Positions 48,515 through 59,866 of a stretch of 64,000 bases of DNA are shown one piece after another (position 1 is the first letter of the stretch; the number at the start of each line of letters is the position of its first letter). The position numbers were made by a program, and so were the translations under genes. A model generated the notes under the pieces. That model had not been told where the DNA came from, searched no databases, and was given only the letters and a program-made list of their open reading frames with translations. The stretch is from Eremomyces bilateralis CBS 781.70 (Eukaryota), in assembly GCA_010015585.1 (NCBI GenBank), contig ML975149.1; one strand, 5' to 3'.

Positions 48515-49621
48515 TCACGCGTAACTAGGAACCTCAACGTTCTTCACAACCACCTTATTATCCTTATTGTTTGCATAATTCGCATCAATACTCCCAAACC
48601 GTATCCTCACCCACTCCCCTGCAGTCACCCCCACCGGCGGCAGCGCTCGATTATTATCCCCTTCAATCTGCCCCCTCTCCAAAAGGGGACTCTTCACTGC
48701 CTGCAAGAGCGTGCTATCGTCCGGCCCAGCGAAGTAGATAACCCCGTACCTTGGAATGTCCCTCTGATCCTCCGGCGGCAGGACCACCCGATGGATGGAG
48801 CTCTCGAGATAGCCTCCGGTGAGGAATGACAAGGTGTCGGCGACGTTGACGGTGATGCTTTCTTTGAGCGGCTTTACCCACTTCCACTTCTTCTCCCCGT
48901 ATGGCCGAACCTGCAGCGCTGCGACCGGCTGTCGCATCAGGAGTGTGAAGGTGCCGAAGTCCGTGTGTCCATATACGTTTTGCTCGATGTTATGCTGCTT
49001 CATGATCTCCAGCTCGTCCGGGGTTCGGGGATGATACAGCATGTATCTGAGATGACACTGGGATTGCGACTCGTAATCATGCAGCTTCCACAGCGCTTCT
49101 TCATCGTCGAGTTCCATGATGATCGCGGACAAGATCAGCAGTCGTCGAAGGACGTATGACGCCAAATGTCTCTGGAACTTCTCCGTCTTTTCCGCGTCAT
49201 CGACAAGCGGCTGTGGTCTCAGCCTCTCTTTGTAGAAGTCGTTCCATTTCGGATCATCGTACAGCTCTAGGCTATCGACTAGACCATGCTGCTGCTTGCG
49301 GCTTCCGCGTGGCTTCCACCCAAAGAACCCCTGCTTTGTGGGGTCGACCCGGTATTTCTGTTTCGCCTCACCAGGTAGATCAAAGATATCTTTGGCGCGA
49401 GCGAATTGGTCGTCGACCTCTTCCTCGGATAGGCCGAAGTTGATCACGTAGAAGAAGCCGACGGTGGAGATGGCATGCTTTAGTTGGGATGCGAGCTTCT
49501 TCTTTCCGCCGGGTTCGTCGAATTGAGAAAGGTCAATGGTCACTAGGTCGGCCCACTCGAGATCCGCAGTAGTCTCTGGTATATCTTGATATCGAGTGTA
49601 CTCAGTGGCAGTCATCGTCAT
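48515..49621 (-). CDS. 2-oxoglutarate/Fe(II)-dependent oxygenase (IPNS/DIOX_N type)
   Basis: LVTIDLS, VGFFYVINFG, HxD (GHTDFGTFTLL), distal His (SSIHRVV), 2OG-binding Arg (RYGVIYF). Confidence 0.92.
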   Translation of the reverse strand: MTMTATEYTRYQDIPETTADLEWADLVTIDLSQFDEPGGKKKLASQLKHAISTVGFFYVINFGLSEEEVDDQFARAKDIFDLPGEAKQKYRVDPTKQGFFGWKPRGSRKQQHGLVDSLELYDDPKWNDFYKERLRPQPLVDDAEKTEKFQRHLASYVLRRLLILSAIIMELDDEEALWKLHDYESQSQCHLRYMLYHPRTPDELEIMKQHNIEQNVYGHTDFGTFTLLMRQPVAALQVRPYGEKKWKWVKPLKESITVNVADTLSFLTGGYLESSIHRVVLPPEDQRDIPRYGVIYFAGPDDSTLLQAVKSPLLERGQIEGDNNRALPPVGVTAGEWVRIRFGSIDANYANNKDNKVVVKNVEVPSYA

Positions 49622-50606
49622 GTTGACTGATTTTTAGTTTGATACCCTCCTGTCCTTGTATGGCCGGATGAGGATCACAGAAACCAATGAACTTGGATAT
49701 ATGAACATTGCCTATCTTGTAGCAGTACTAATAAATTTTGACTCCAGAACCATTCCCATTATTCCCTTATATAAACTTGACCTAAGTTTGTCATTGCGCT
49801 TTGTGGTTAGCAAAACGCGGGGATTTATAGAACCCCACCACGGCCATTAGCCGGTTAGCCCCTATTGCTGAAGGAAGCCTCAAGTCCTCGCAACATCTAC
49901 TTCTTACTTCTAGAGGTTAAGATATATCTATCTAGCTGATGCCTTCTGGTACACGGAATATGCTCTGGTATTACGAAGTGCTTCATCAACGTCATAGCCA
50001 CACACGGCGTCACTTGAAAGTCACGCCCTTCTCCTCTTCCTTTCTTGGCGCAGTTTCTGCCAGTGCCCAAGGGACTGGCTGTGGGGGAAAGGCTGGGGTT
50101 GTGGGAATGCGATGTGTCGGGCGGGTTTTGGTTTGTAGAGCCGTTTGGATGTTGAGTTTGGATCCTGGGAGACCGAGATGGGTTTGCTACTATTACTGTG
50201 CTAGGATAGTAGTGACCAGACCTTGGCGTGAACCCCTGGTAGCGGAACCGCGAGACACTGTAACTGGTGGGTACCCGGATATTAAGAATCCGTTATTCGA
50301 GGGAATCAAGAAAGCACTGGTATGGTCGGAAGTGTAAGGTAGACCGGGGGTCAGTCCCCCTCAGTCCGCATAACACAGAAAAGGGGTGTCGCGGTGCATG
50401 TAACCAATGAATGAGGTCATGAATTGTATCGCTAAAATTGTACAATACCAATCTGAACCCTACAGCGGACATGCCGAAATAGTCCGGCTCAGAGACAACT
50501 CCTTCCCATCATGACAGACATCCAAGTCTGTGCTGAGGATCATGATAAATCCGCAATGAAATCCCAACGCCCCACAATCCGACCGTCCGGTCGAACATCC
50601 GTCAAA

Positions 50607-51607
50607 CTATAACCTTGAGACATTGGCGTCCTCGGCGTTGGGGTTCACCACCGGGGCAAGCGTGACGTTGTACTCCAATTCTAGCGTCGCCTTCTCGTCG
50701 CCCTCTAGGGGCACGAAGTCGACGACCAGATCGTCCTTGACGGCGAACACGGAGTCGTCCTCGAGATGGGGGTCTTCTTTGGGGAAGATCTGGGTGGTGA
50801 CAGGCTTGTATCCAGCGTGTGTGACCTATTCCAACGTTAATTCTGGCGTGGAGCACTCATTCGGATCGCAACATACCATGAGATGGATATGCGCCGGCCG
50901 CCACGGCGACCTATCCATAGCTGACAGCAGCTTAAACGCCGGCCCCTCCGTCGGCAGCGAATACGCCGTCGGCTTCAACGCGTAGAAATGATACTCCCCG
51001 TTCTCGTTCGTGCGGAACTTCCCCCTTAGGTTGTTCGGCGACTGATTTTCGGGGTCCTGGAAATCGTACTTCCCGTTCGACGACGCCTGCCAGATGTCGA
51101 ACACGGCGCCGGCAATCGGCTTCTTGGTCTCCAGGTCCAGCACCCGCCCGTGCATCAGCGTCACCTGCCCGTCGTGCGGGTCCTGCATGATGCTGTCGCC
51201 GGGGTTGCGGAAGGGGGCGTGCGGGCTCCAGAAGGGGCCGAGGATGGAGGAGGAGGTGGGGATTTCACCGGATTCGGAGACGTGTCTATGGGCGATTTCG
51301 TCGACGAGGCTGGGGAGGGTTAATTTTCGGATTTGGGCGCATTGAGGCTGTGTGGTGCTTACGATTCAAGTCCGATGACGTCTGATATCCGGTGGGCTTC
51401 ATTTCGCTGTGCGGTGCTGATTTGGCCGATTGTGTTCATGAAATTCACGCCGATCATCCACTCGTCGATCGTGAGCTCCACCTCCCGAGCGAAGTCGTGG
51501 ATGTGTGACATGAGCGATCCGAGGACTTCTCTGGTTCGCGGGTCGGTTTTCGGGCCCATGGCCTCCACCACCATCTTGGTGAAGTTCGGATCGAAACGTT
51601 CAGCCAT
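50607..51607 (-). CDS. Intradiol ring-cleavage dioxygenase, probably protocatechuate 3,4-dioxygenase (PrcA-like), 3 exons
   Basis: [77 protein letters not shown] (Tyr/Tyr/His/His Fe ligands), [14 protein letters not shown]. Substrate is inferred from gene neighbours. Confidence 0.9.
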
Positions 51608-52568
51608 TGTGAAATAGGGTATCAGTAGATCGGATTTACCGAAAAACGCTTAAGTGGAATGGGGATAGGGTTTGGCACTGGGATGTTATGTGCAAAAGAC
51701 TTTTGATTGCTCGGAGAGTGGATGGAGGAGAGATATCTTGATATCCGACAGAAACTCGGTCTGGCTTCCGGTATTAATATATAAATAAAAGCTCCATTAC
51801 GATACGGTCCCGACAACCAGAGCCTGGAGAAATAGGAGCTAATACCTAGCCTCATCCCCACAATGGGCCAGGGCGTCCGACTACAATTGACGGCAGATCA
51901 ATCGGCTGTTCTCTTATCCGTCCCAATCCGTCCACTAAAACCGTCGATGGTGCTTGGAGGGAGATCCGATTTTGCATGCCGATGAAATAGATCGCATCAT
52001 GGTCAGGCGTTTCCTAGAGCTTTTCTAGATCTGATCCTCCGGAGAAATTTATCGTCGTGCAGTTTCAGGGCGTCGAAGGATACTGGTTGAGAGCTCTCGA
52101 TGCGATCCGATTGGGAATGGGGAGTCGCAAGACGCAAACTCGCAATGGTCGGGAAACGTGGAGAAGGAAATTCGCCACCTTGTGCTCGGAGTGCATCATC
52201 CAAGATTACCGACTACGGGTGCCGCTGTGGTGGGGCATTTCTGCCCCGCGCCGTTCTGGTGATATAGGTACTGACTAGAATGACAGCACGCGACGCGATT
52301 GTGGGGGGGCAATTTCGGTGATGAGCAATGTGCGGAAGTTTGCCGTTTTTAACATCCATGATCCATCCAGGATTTCAGGCGCATCGTGAACACGGCGAAA
52401 TCTCGGGATTGTGGGGTTCTCGGGACCGTGGGGTTGGTAATTGAGCAATTCATTCGGCTGGCGGATCGTAGCAAAGCTTCCATTCTTCCAGAAACTCCGT
52501 GGAAGCGTGCCAATTGCAGGATATTGAGTCCCGTATATCCGCATTCCGTCTCCTAGGACATAGACATC
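51608..52568. promoter_or_regulatory. Divergent promoter region between the dioxygenase and the carboxymuconate cyclase
   Basis: Head-to-head gene arrangement, AT-rich TATA-like stretch around 51773-51790, recurrent ATCCG/CGGAT words. Confidence 0.5.
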
Positions 52569-53817
52569 ATGCTGCACCATCTGATGATAGGGACTTGGAC
52601 CCCTCCAGGGGCCATATTCACAGTCGAATTCGATGATGAGAAATTGACTTTGAAGCTGGTCAAGCGGACTGCTATACCGCAAGATGAGCCCATCTCATGG
52701 ATGACCTTTGACGTGAGTTACACCTCCCTGGAGGATGACGCGCAAGACTAACTAACACAGAAGTATAGCACTCGAAGAAAAATATATACGGCGCATCAAT
52801 GAAGAAATGGTCGAGCTACACCGTGAAGAGTCCGACTGAAATCGAACATTATGCCTCGCATGAGATTGGAGGCCACCGTATGAACCCTTAAATCGCTTGA
52901 TAAGTAGCCCGGATTGACTCCGAAATAGCATCAGCAACGAGCGCAGAGTCCAACACACGAGCGATCTTCCTTCTAGCAGCGCAAAAGCCCCCCTATAATG
53001 TCTACTGCAATCCATTCTACAAGTTCGCTGGCTACGGCAACATCTTTTCCGTCCACAAGTCTGGGGCACTGAAGGAGAACATCCAAGATTACGAGTATTG
53101 CCCCGAGTCCGCGATCCACGGCATGGTTTTCGACAGCTCTGAGAAATACCTATACTCTGCAGATATGTGGGCGAACAAGATTTGGACGCATAAGAAGGAC
53201 CTGGAGACTGGAACCTTGACGACTGTTGGGAGCGTCGATGCCCCTGATCCGGGAGATCACCCGCGGTGGGTGGAGTTACATCCAGACGGGCACTACCTTT
53301 ATGCCTTGATGGAGGGAGGCAATAGGCTGGGAGTGTATCTGATAGACGAGAAGACACACTTGCCCGTGTTCACTCAGATCACATATCCCCTCATTCCACC
53401 AGGTAAACGACCAGACACCATAATCACTCTTCCACCAACCCACTAATGTCCACAGGAATGGGCACCTCCTTCCCCAAAATGTACCGCTCCGACGTCGTTT
53501 TCCTCTCCCACTCCAAAACCTACCTCTTCGCGACCGCCCGCTCCAACTCGCCCTCTCTAACCGGATACATCTCCGTCTTCAAGATCGGACCGACCGGCAA
53601 TATTGAGCGGCAAATCTGCATGAATCCGACGCCGACCAGCGGCGGTCATTCAAATGCCGTGAGCCCCTGCGACTGGAGCGACGAGTGGCTGGCGCTCACG
53701 GATGATGAGAAAGGGTTTGTGGAGATATATCGGTGGAGAGATGAGTTCTTGGGACGGGTGGCGCATTTGGATATTCCGGAGCCGGGGTTCGGGATGAATG
53801 CGATTTGGTACGATTAA
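52569..53817 (+). CDS. cmcA: 3-carboxy-cis,cis-muconate cyclase (CMLE, beta-propeller), 4 exons
   Basis: MLHHLMIGTWTPPGAIFTVEFDDEKLTLKLVKRTAIPQDEPISWMTFD|HSKKNIYGASMKKWSS is near-identical to Neurospora CMLE as recalled. Also IHGMVFD, DHPRWV, MYRSDV, PTSGGHSNAV, FGMNAIWYD*. Confidence 0.95.
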
Positions 53818-54389
53818 CAGAGCGATAATTGATATCCACTGGCATGTGTCAATCAAGCTGTACTATAACTATAATCATAGACCTGTGTGAATTCTTTGGA
53901 ATATTTATTCCTCGATACATGAATTCCGCCCAAGACGTTTCCCCGATAAATGCCTTCGTTGCTCAAATGGAGCTAGTCCTAACACAGGATAGGGTGTCTC
54001 ACCTTAGCGGCTTAGCTCCAGTCGACATCATCGGTTCAGATTCAGTTGCCGATTTACAACTCCGCCGTGTTTTCCCACGTTTCTTGCCCTCCGACAGATC
54101 CACCTCGATGAGGGCTTGGACCGCTAGAGCTCAAGAGATGCATTTGAATTATCCTTCGGGAGTAATATCGGACATTGCTCCAGCCACGTCACACGTGTTA
54201 ATATTTCCATAATCCACCACTAATTGCAATATGTTGACCTTGCGCTGACAAAGTCTCTATTCGCTTGAACTCAGCCTAGGCGAATATTCCATAATTCTAT
54301 TCTACAATATACCTCTATCCATTGCGTTTAATGTTCTCTAGATACTCATCGGGTGGTTTTATTCGCATCAGACACAATCGGTATTCATC

Positions 54390-56093
54390 ATGTCTTCCAA
54401 ACCAGGGCTCCTCTATGTAACCATGCAACCTAGCCCCTCTCTTCCCATCGAGCGCTTCCACGACTGGTACAACAACGAACACGGTCCGCTCCGTCTGCGC
54501 CTCCCATTTTTCCGCAACGGATTGCGGTACCGCGCGTCGGATCTGAGTTCCGACCAGCTGGCATCGGCAAAGCGCCCGGAATGGCTGGCGATCTACGATG
54601 TGACAGATACGGAGGAGCTGGGGAAGCCGGTGTATACACGGCTGCGAGACGCGGACGTGAAGACGTCGAGGGAGAAGGAGACGATGAAGCAGATCAAAGT
54701 CGACAGGGAGATCTTAGACTTAGCCGGCGAATGGAAGAGTGAGAGCTTCGAAGAGGTGGAGACGCTCCGTGGCGATGTAGAGACGGAGGGCAACGTTCTC
54801 ATGGTCGTGAGCGTGAAACTCCAGCTTAGCAAAGCGGCCGAGGAACAGGTATTGAACTGGTTCCCCTCAGAACATATTCCGCTCGTCTCCAAGTCTCCCG
54901 GCTGGCGCCGCACCCGTCACTTCGTCACTTCGAGTCTCGACGATCAGCACGTACGAACATTCCTTACACTCCATGAATGGGCGCCATCTAATAGCATTGG
55001 CGGGTCGGAGTTTCGGCAAGCCTCGACCATTGAATGGGTGCAACGGCTCAACAAGGAGACGGCCGCAGATATCAGTATCCGGACGTATAACCTGCATCTC
55101 ATCTTCGGATCCGCACCGAGACACCTTGGTGACATCGCCGAATGGTCCTACAGCAACGACATGACCCGCACATTCCCCCCCACCGACCCAACTAGCCCCT
55201 TCGGCAGCGCCATCGAATCCTACATCACCACCCCCGACGGCGCCGCCCTTCCCTTCCGCCTCGAAGGCTCCCCCTCCCCATCCGCCCCCCTCATCGTCTG
55301 CATCAACTCCATCCTCACCACCTATCCCATCTGGGACTCCTTCGTCTCCTCCTTCTTCGCCCACCCGCCCAACCGCCGCTACCGCATCCTCCGTTACAAC
55401 CCCCGCGGCCGCTCCCAACACACCGGCACCGCTCCCGTTTCCATCGACCTCCTCGCCGCCGATGCCATCACCCTCCTCGACGCCCTGCGCGTGCCCAAGG
55501 CCGCGTGCGTCATCGGCGTGTCGCTGGGCGGGATCACGGCGCTGAACACGGCGCTGAAGCACGCGGGGCGGGTGGAGGCGTTCGTGTCGTGCGATACGAA
55601 TGCGCGGGCGCCGCCGAGCAATGCGGCGGCGTGGGACGAGCGGATCGCGGTCGCGGAGAAGGAGGGGTTGACGGCGGATGGGAAGGCGGTGGTGGGAGAG
55701 CGGCTGGCGGAGATGACGGTGCGGCGGTGGTTTGTGGGGGAGAGTTACGATGGGGGGGCGATGGAGCGGGAGGCGGAGCGGGTGAAGGAGATGGTACGGA
55801 CGAATAGTTTGGAGGGGTTCCGGAGGGGGGTGAGGGCGTTGTATGCGTATGATGTTGGGGGTGAGATGGCAGAGGGGAAGGTGAGGGGGTTGTTTGTGGT
55901 GGGGAAGGGGGATGGGGTGTTACCGGATACGATGAAGAAGATGGCGGACGCGTATCGGTGGAGAGGGGCGGATGGGAAAGAGGGAGGGGTGGAGTTGAAG
56001 GTGGTGGATGGGGCGGGACATTTGCCGATGGTGGAACAGGGCGGTGCGGTGGCCAAACTGGTACAGGAGTTCTTGGCTGAAGTACCGGTATAG
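54390..56093 (+). CDS. Fusion of EthD-like dimeric alpha/beta barrel(s) and a PcaD-like alpha/beta-hydrolase; probable 3-carboxymuconolactone hydrolase/decarboxylase (ChdA-like)
   Basis: N-terminal FHDWYNNEHGPLRLRLP..WLAIYD and a second repeat NWFPSEHIPLVSKSPGWRRTR. C-terminal hydrolase with YNPRGRS, nucleophile GVSLGG, VGKGDG and GAGHLPMVE. Confidence 0.8.
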   Translation: MSSKPGLLYVTMQPSPSLPIERFHDWYNNEHGPLRLRLPFFRNGLRYRASDLSSDQLASAKRPEWLAIYDVTDTEELGKPVYTRLRDADVKTSREKETMKQIKVDREILDLAGEWKSESFEEVETLRGDVETEGNVLMVVSVKLQLSKAAEEQVLNWFPSEHIPLVSKSPGWRRTRHFVTSSLDDQHVRTFLTLHEWAPSNSIGGSEFRQASTIEWVQRLNKETAADISIRTYNLHLIFGSAPRHLGDIAEWSYSNDMTRTFPPTDPTSPFGSAIESYITTPDGAALPFRLEGSPSPSAPLIVCINSILTTYPIWDSFVSSFFAHPPNRRYRILRYNPRGRSQHTGTAPVSIDLLAADAITLLDALRVPKAACVIGVSLGGITALNTALKHAGRVEAFVSCDTNARAPPSNAAAWDERIAVAEKEGLTADGKAVVGERLAEMTVRRWFVGESYDGGAMEREAERVKEMVRTNSLEGFRRGVRALYAYDVGGEMAEGKVRGLFVVGKGDGVLPDTMKKMADAYRWRGADGKEGGVELKVVDGAGHLPMVEQGGAVAKLVQEFLAEVPV

Positions 56094-57458
56094 ATAATAG
56101 CACCTGGAATAAAATAGGCCAGTGGTGCATAAAGGCAACCTTTCTGCCCCAAATCATAACGAACGTAGCTAGCACGTGATCTCTGCCTTCCTAGAATATA
56201 GAATCACACCCTGTAGGATATTTAATCAAGTATTCTTAATCATCATGGGAGGAATAGTTAATCGCTCAAAAACAGCATCTTCGCGATCAGTGCATACTTC
56301 CTAATTAGGAATTCAAACGATACCCTTTTCTCATCTGATCGTCTGATCGTATAGTGATGTTTTGATCCTGATCTCGCGCCACATAACCACCTTGTTTATA
56401 GCACTCACTCTCCGTCTTCCGGAAGTCCTCCGCATCCACGCCACTAAGCTATGAACTCCGTCCCTACTGTGCCGCCTGTGAAGGAAGCGGAATCGAGGAT
56501 GACTATCCGACAGCCCGTCGGATATCCTATACTATGTTAACACCGCGCGATTGATTTAAACGATACGATGTAAACAAACCTCTGCCGTGATATACTGGTT
56601 CTCCCTCCTGAGCGTATCCTGCTTCCGGGACTTCATCGTCTCGCTCTCCGTACGAGGGTTCAAATCCTGCAAATTGAATGTGTTATGGGCATGGCCCATG
56701 GTTGGCATAGGCTGAGAGCCTAAGCCTAATCAAGCCTAGTAGCGTCGAGATGGAACCTCATCAAGATTCCTCTGTCACAGATACCTTTACTCTTTATCTC
56801 AATCTAGAATATCTTTGGCTATGTGTATGTTGTGTGCATCCAGCTACCGTGCCGTAACAGACGCGGAGAGACTATAGGCTACGACGCCCATAGGCGCGGC
56901 ACGATGAACCGGGTTCGGTAATCCATGCCGTGACGCCGTCTCCTGGAGATGCGAGGAGATCAGCTAAATAACAAAAGACTTCCCTGTACCCGCCTCGCCA
57001 TCAACGCTAAGTTGGTAGCGGCTGGACATGACCGTGTAGACGAGTAGCGGCGCGATAAGCCCGTGACATAGCGCTATAATCTCTGCGAGCAGCGGCTCTA
57101 TCCTCATCGTGCTGACTATATATCCCGGCACGGTGGAATAGGGAAGCCTCCCGCCTCCAAGACATATCGTCCTCAGTGTCGGTTGGTTACGAGGACGAGG
57201 TGTCTCTTGTAGACGTAGCGGTGGGTCGAAGATGGGGGATCTAATGATGTCAGCCTTAACGTATTCGAATCATTCACTCTACCTATAGCGTCACCACGAT
57301 CGTGACCGTAACGACATCGCTAGCACTTCTTGACCAGTAGTCGGCGACGCTTTAAAGTAAACTCACTATCAACCCTCCAGGACCTGCAGTTCGAGCATAC
57401 TCTACCACCGGGGTCTCCAGAAGATGACATGGAGGAGGTAATAGTGGTAGGTCAGGAA

Positions 57459-57572
57459 TGATTCGACCACTTAAGTAACTCGCTACGCTCGTGTAACCCC
57501 TGTCTAGCCAATTAGAGGGCAAAGAAGAATTGATTCGACCATTTATGATTTAAGTAACTCGCTACGCTCGTG
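57459..57572. repeat. Imperfect direct repeat, two copies
   Basis: TGATTCGACCA at 57459 and 57531. Identical 23-mer TTAAGTAACTCGCTACGCTCGTG at 57471-57493 and 57550-57572. Confidence 0.9.
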
Positions 57573-58755
57573 ATAAATCAGATCGGCACTGGACCACATC
57601 ATCGAAAGGTGGCTCTAGGGCATCTGATGATCCAGCTTGGGATAGGCGGATAGGTACACTGGATTACTGAGGCCCAAGACACGGACCCAACCACGGTGGG
57701 GCTGTTTTAGATGCAAACCTAAATTTCCACATGGAGAAGATGAATCCAATGAGCAGACTTATTTACAAACCGCTATGTTGGGGACATCTCATGCAAGTAA
57801 ACATTCAACATGGGGGCGGAATCTGATCTTATAGTGTGGAGCCCATCACCATTCTAATTTCTACATGCACTCATGCAGTCAGCAATTCGGTATGAACCGA
57901 ATTCAGGCTCCTGACTTACTGATAGATAGCCATATTTCCTGGTGTATACAGAGTACATGATTCATGTTGCGTTGTTTTGCTGTTTTATTGTATAACGCAA
58001 CCAGCTTCCACCAGTCCACAACTCCCAGCGATCGAAGGCAAACCCACCAAAGGAACCAAATGGTGTCCCTGCGAAATGAGGCTCTGCATCCCGGTGTGCG
58101 TAATCCTTCCTCCATATGGAAAATGTTCTGCCCCCAAGTGCGGTGATCTCGCCGCTAGTCACGTCAAACAAATGGCGGAGTGGAGGACACAGCCACGCTT
58201 CAACAGCGCGGCTTCAAAGACATCCGTTCCAACACGCACGCCTGGGCACGCTAGTCACCCATCGGCCATCAGGCTGTGATTCCCTGCAGGATCGCAATCT
58301 CGCACGCACCTTGGAGCGGGCTTGGGACGAGGACTGTTCCGCCTAACAAGCCACTCGTCAGCGCTTCAGGTGGCCACCCTTGCGAGTTTGCGTCAGGGCG
58401 TCTTTTGCGAGTGGTTTCGGGGGATAGCGCAGCTCTTCGGCTCAGCCTTCTGCTTCCAAAATTAACCGGCCGCATGCTGCTTTGCTTGGGGCCTCATTGA
58501 CCTTGTTATGCTTATTTTCTGAAGACTTCACTGCTTCAAATACTGAGAATCACCTCTTTCTAGCTGGTTCATTGTTTTGCAGAGTATTATCGTTGACAGG
58601 AGTGGTTTGTGTTGACTCCCTTTCACGTCTCTTCGCCATAAGACGATATTCCAGCCTACGTCACCCCTGATTCCCCTCCAGAACATAATATTGAAGACCT
58701 TCAACCACTGTCAATAGAATTTCACTAAGCAGAGATAATCTGAGAAATTGTCAAG

Positions 58756-59866
58756 ATGGGGAAAGGCGGTCGCTTTGCGTGTATCTTCCTGCCCATGGTA
58801 GCGACCATTGCGGCGCTCATATGCATCATCCTGATCTTCTTGGGACAACAAAACAAGAACGACAGCAACCTCTCCAACATATACTACTTCAAAGTTAGTA
58901 TCTAATGTCGTACCTAGTTTGTTCTCGCGACTAACCCATTCGCAGGCGGACACAAGAAACTTCACCGGAAATCCATTGAATCTCGATGACCCCAACCTAC
59001 CCTCTATCCCTGGTGTCGACATCGACGACAAGTTCCTCAAACTCCTCAACGCCGCCGCCACCACCAACAAGCTCGAAGACATCTACACCGTCGGCATCTG
59101 GTCCTACTGCAGCGGCCCTGCCCCAGCTGACGGCAAAGCCTACAAGCCCACCTTCTGCTCCAAGCGCTCCAGCAATTTTGCCTTCGACCCCATCGAAGTC
59201 TGGGGCCTCAACGGCACCAACATCCAAAACGCCTTCCCCGATAAACTCGAAGACGGCCTGAAGATCTACCGATCCATCTCCCGCTGGCTGTTCATCGCCC
59301 ACGCCGTCGCTTTCTTCGTCACCCTCGCCGAGCTCATCGTCGGCCTCTTCGCCATCTTCTCCCGCTGGGGTAGCTGCGCCACCTCCATCGTCGCCTCCGC
59401 CGCCTCCCTCTTCACCGTCGCCGGCGCCATCACCGCCTCCGCCCTGTATGGCACCCTCGCCGGCACCTTCAACACCGTCCTCCGGCCCTATGGCTTCGAC
59501 GCCTCCCTCGGCAAGAACGGCCTCGTCGTTGAGTGGCTCGCCGCCGCCTTCTCCCTCGCCGCCGGCATCCTGTGGGTCATCAGCATGTGCTGCTGCAGCG
59601 GCCAGAGCAATCGCCGCGAGAAAGACTATAATCAGACCCGCAACAAGGGGCGCACCGGCACGGGGCTGGGCGGGTTCTTGAACCGCGGTGTCTCTCGCGG
59701 AACGACTGCCGAGAAGACCCCCTATACATATGAGCCAGTGTCGTATCAGCCCGCTGGACAGGGGTCGAATTGGCAGCCGGGACAGCCGGTGCCGTTGCAG
59801 GATATGGAGACGGGGAGGGTGGGTGGACAGGCGAGCGGGGCGTATGAGCCGTATCGGCATTCGTGA
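58756..59866 (+). CDS. SUR7/PalI-family tetraspan membrane protein, 2 exons
   Basis: MGKGGRFACIFLPMVATIAALICIILIFLG..IYYFK|ADT, claudin-like YTVGIWSYC..C motif, three further TM helices, SMCCCSG palmitoylation-like cluster. Confidence 0.88.

Noticed and set aside
56657..56667. GGTTCAAATCC B-box/T-loop-like word suggesting a tRNA
   Set aside because: The T-stem pairs poorly and I found no acceptor stem, D-arm or A-box. At most an isolated B-box.
57459..57572. CRISPR-like repeat-spacer
   Set aside because: Only two copies, a eukaryotic context and no cas genes.
7726..59866. vps37, vps20 and a SUR7/PalI gene in one window as an ESCRT/pH-signalling cluster
   Set aside because: They are separated by tens of kb of unrelated genes; most likely coincidental.
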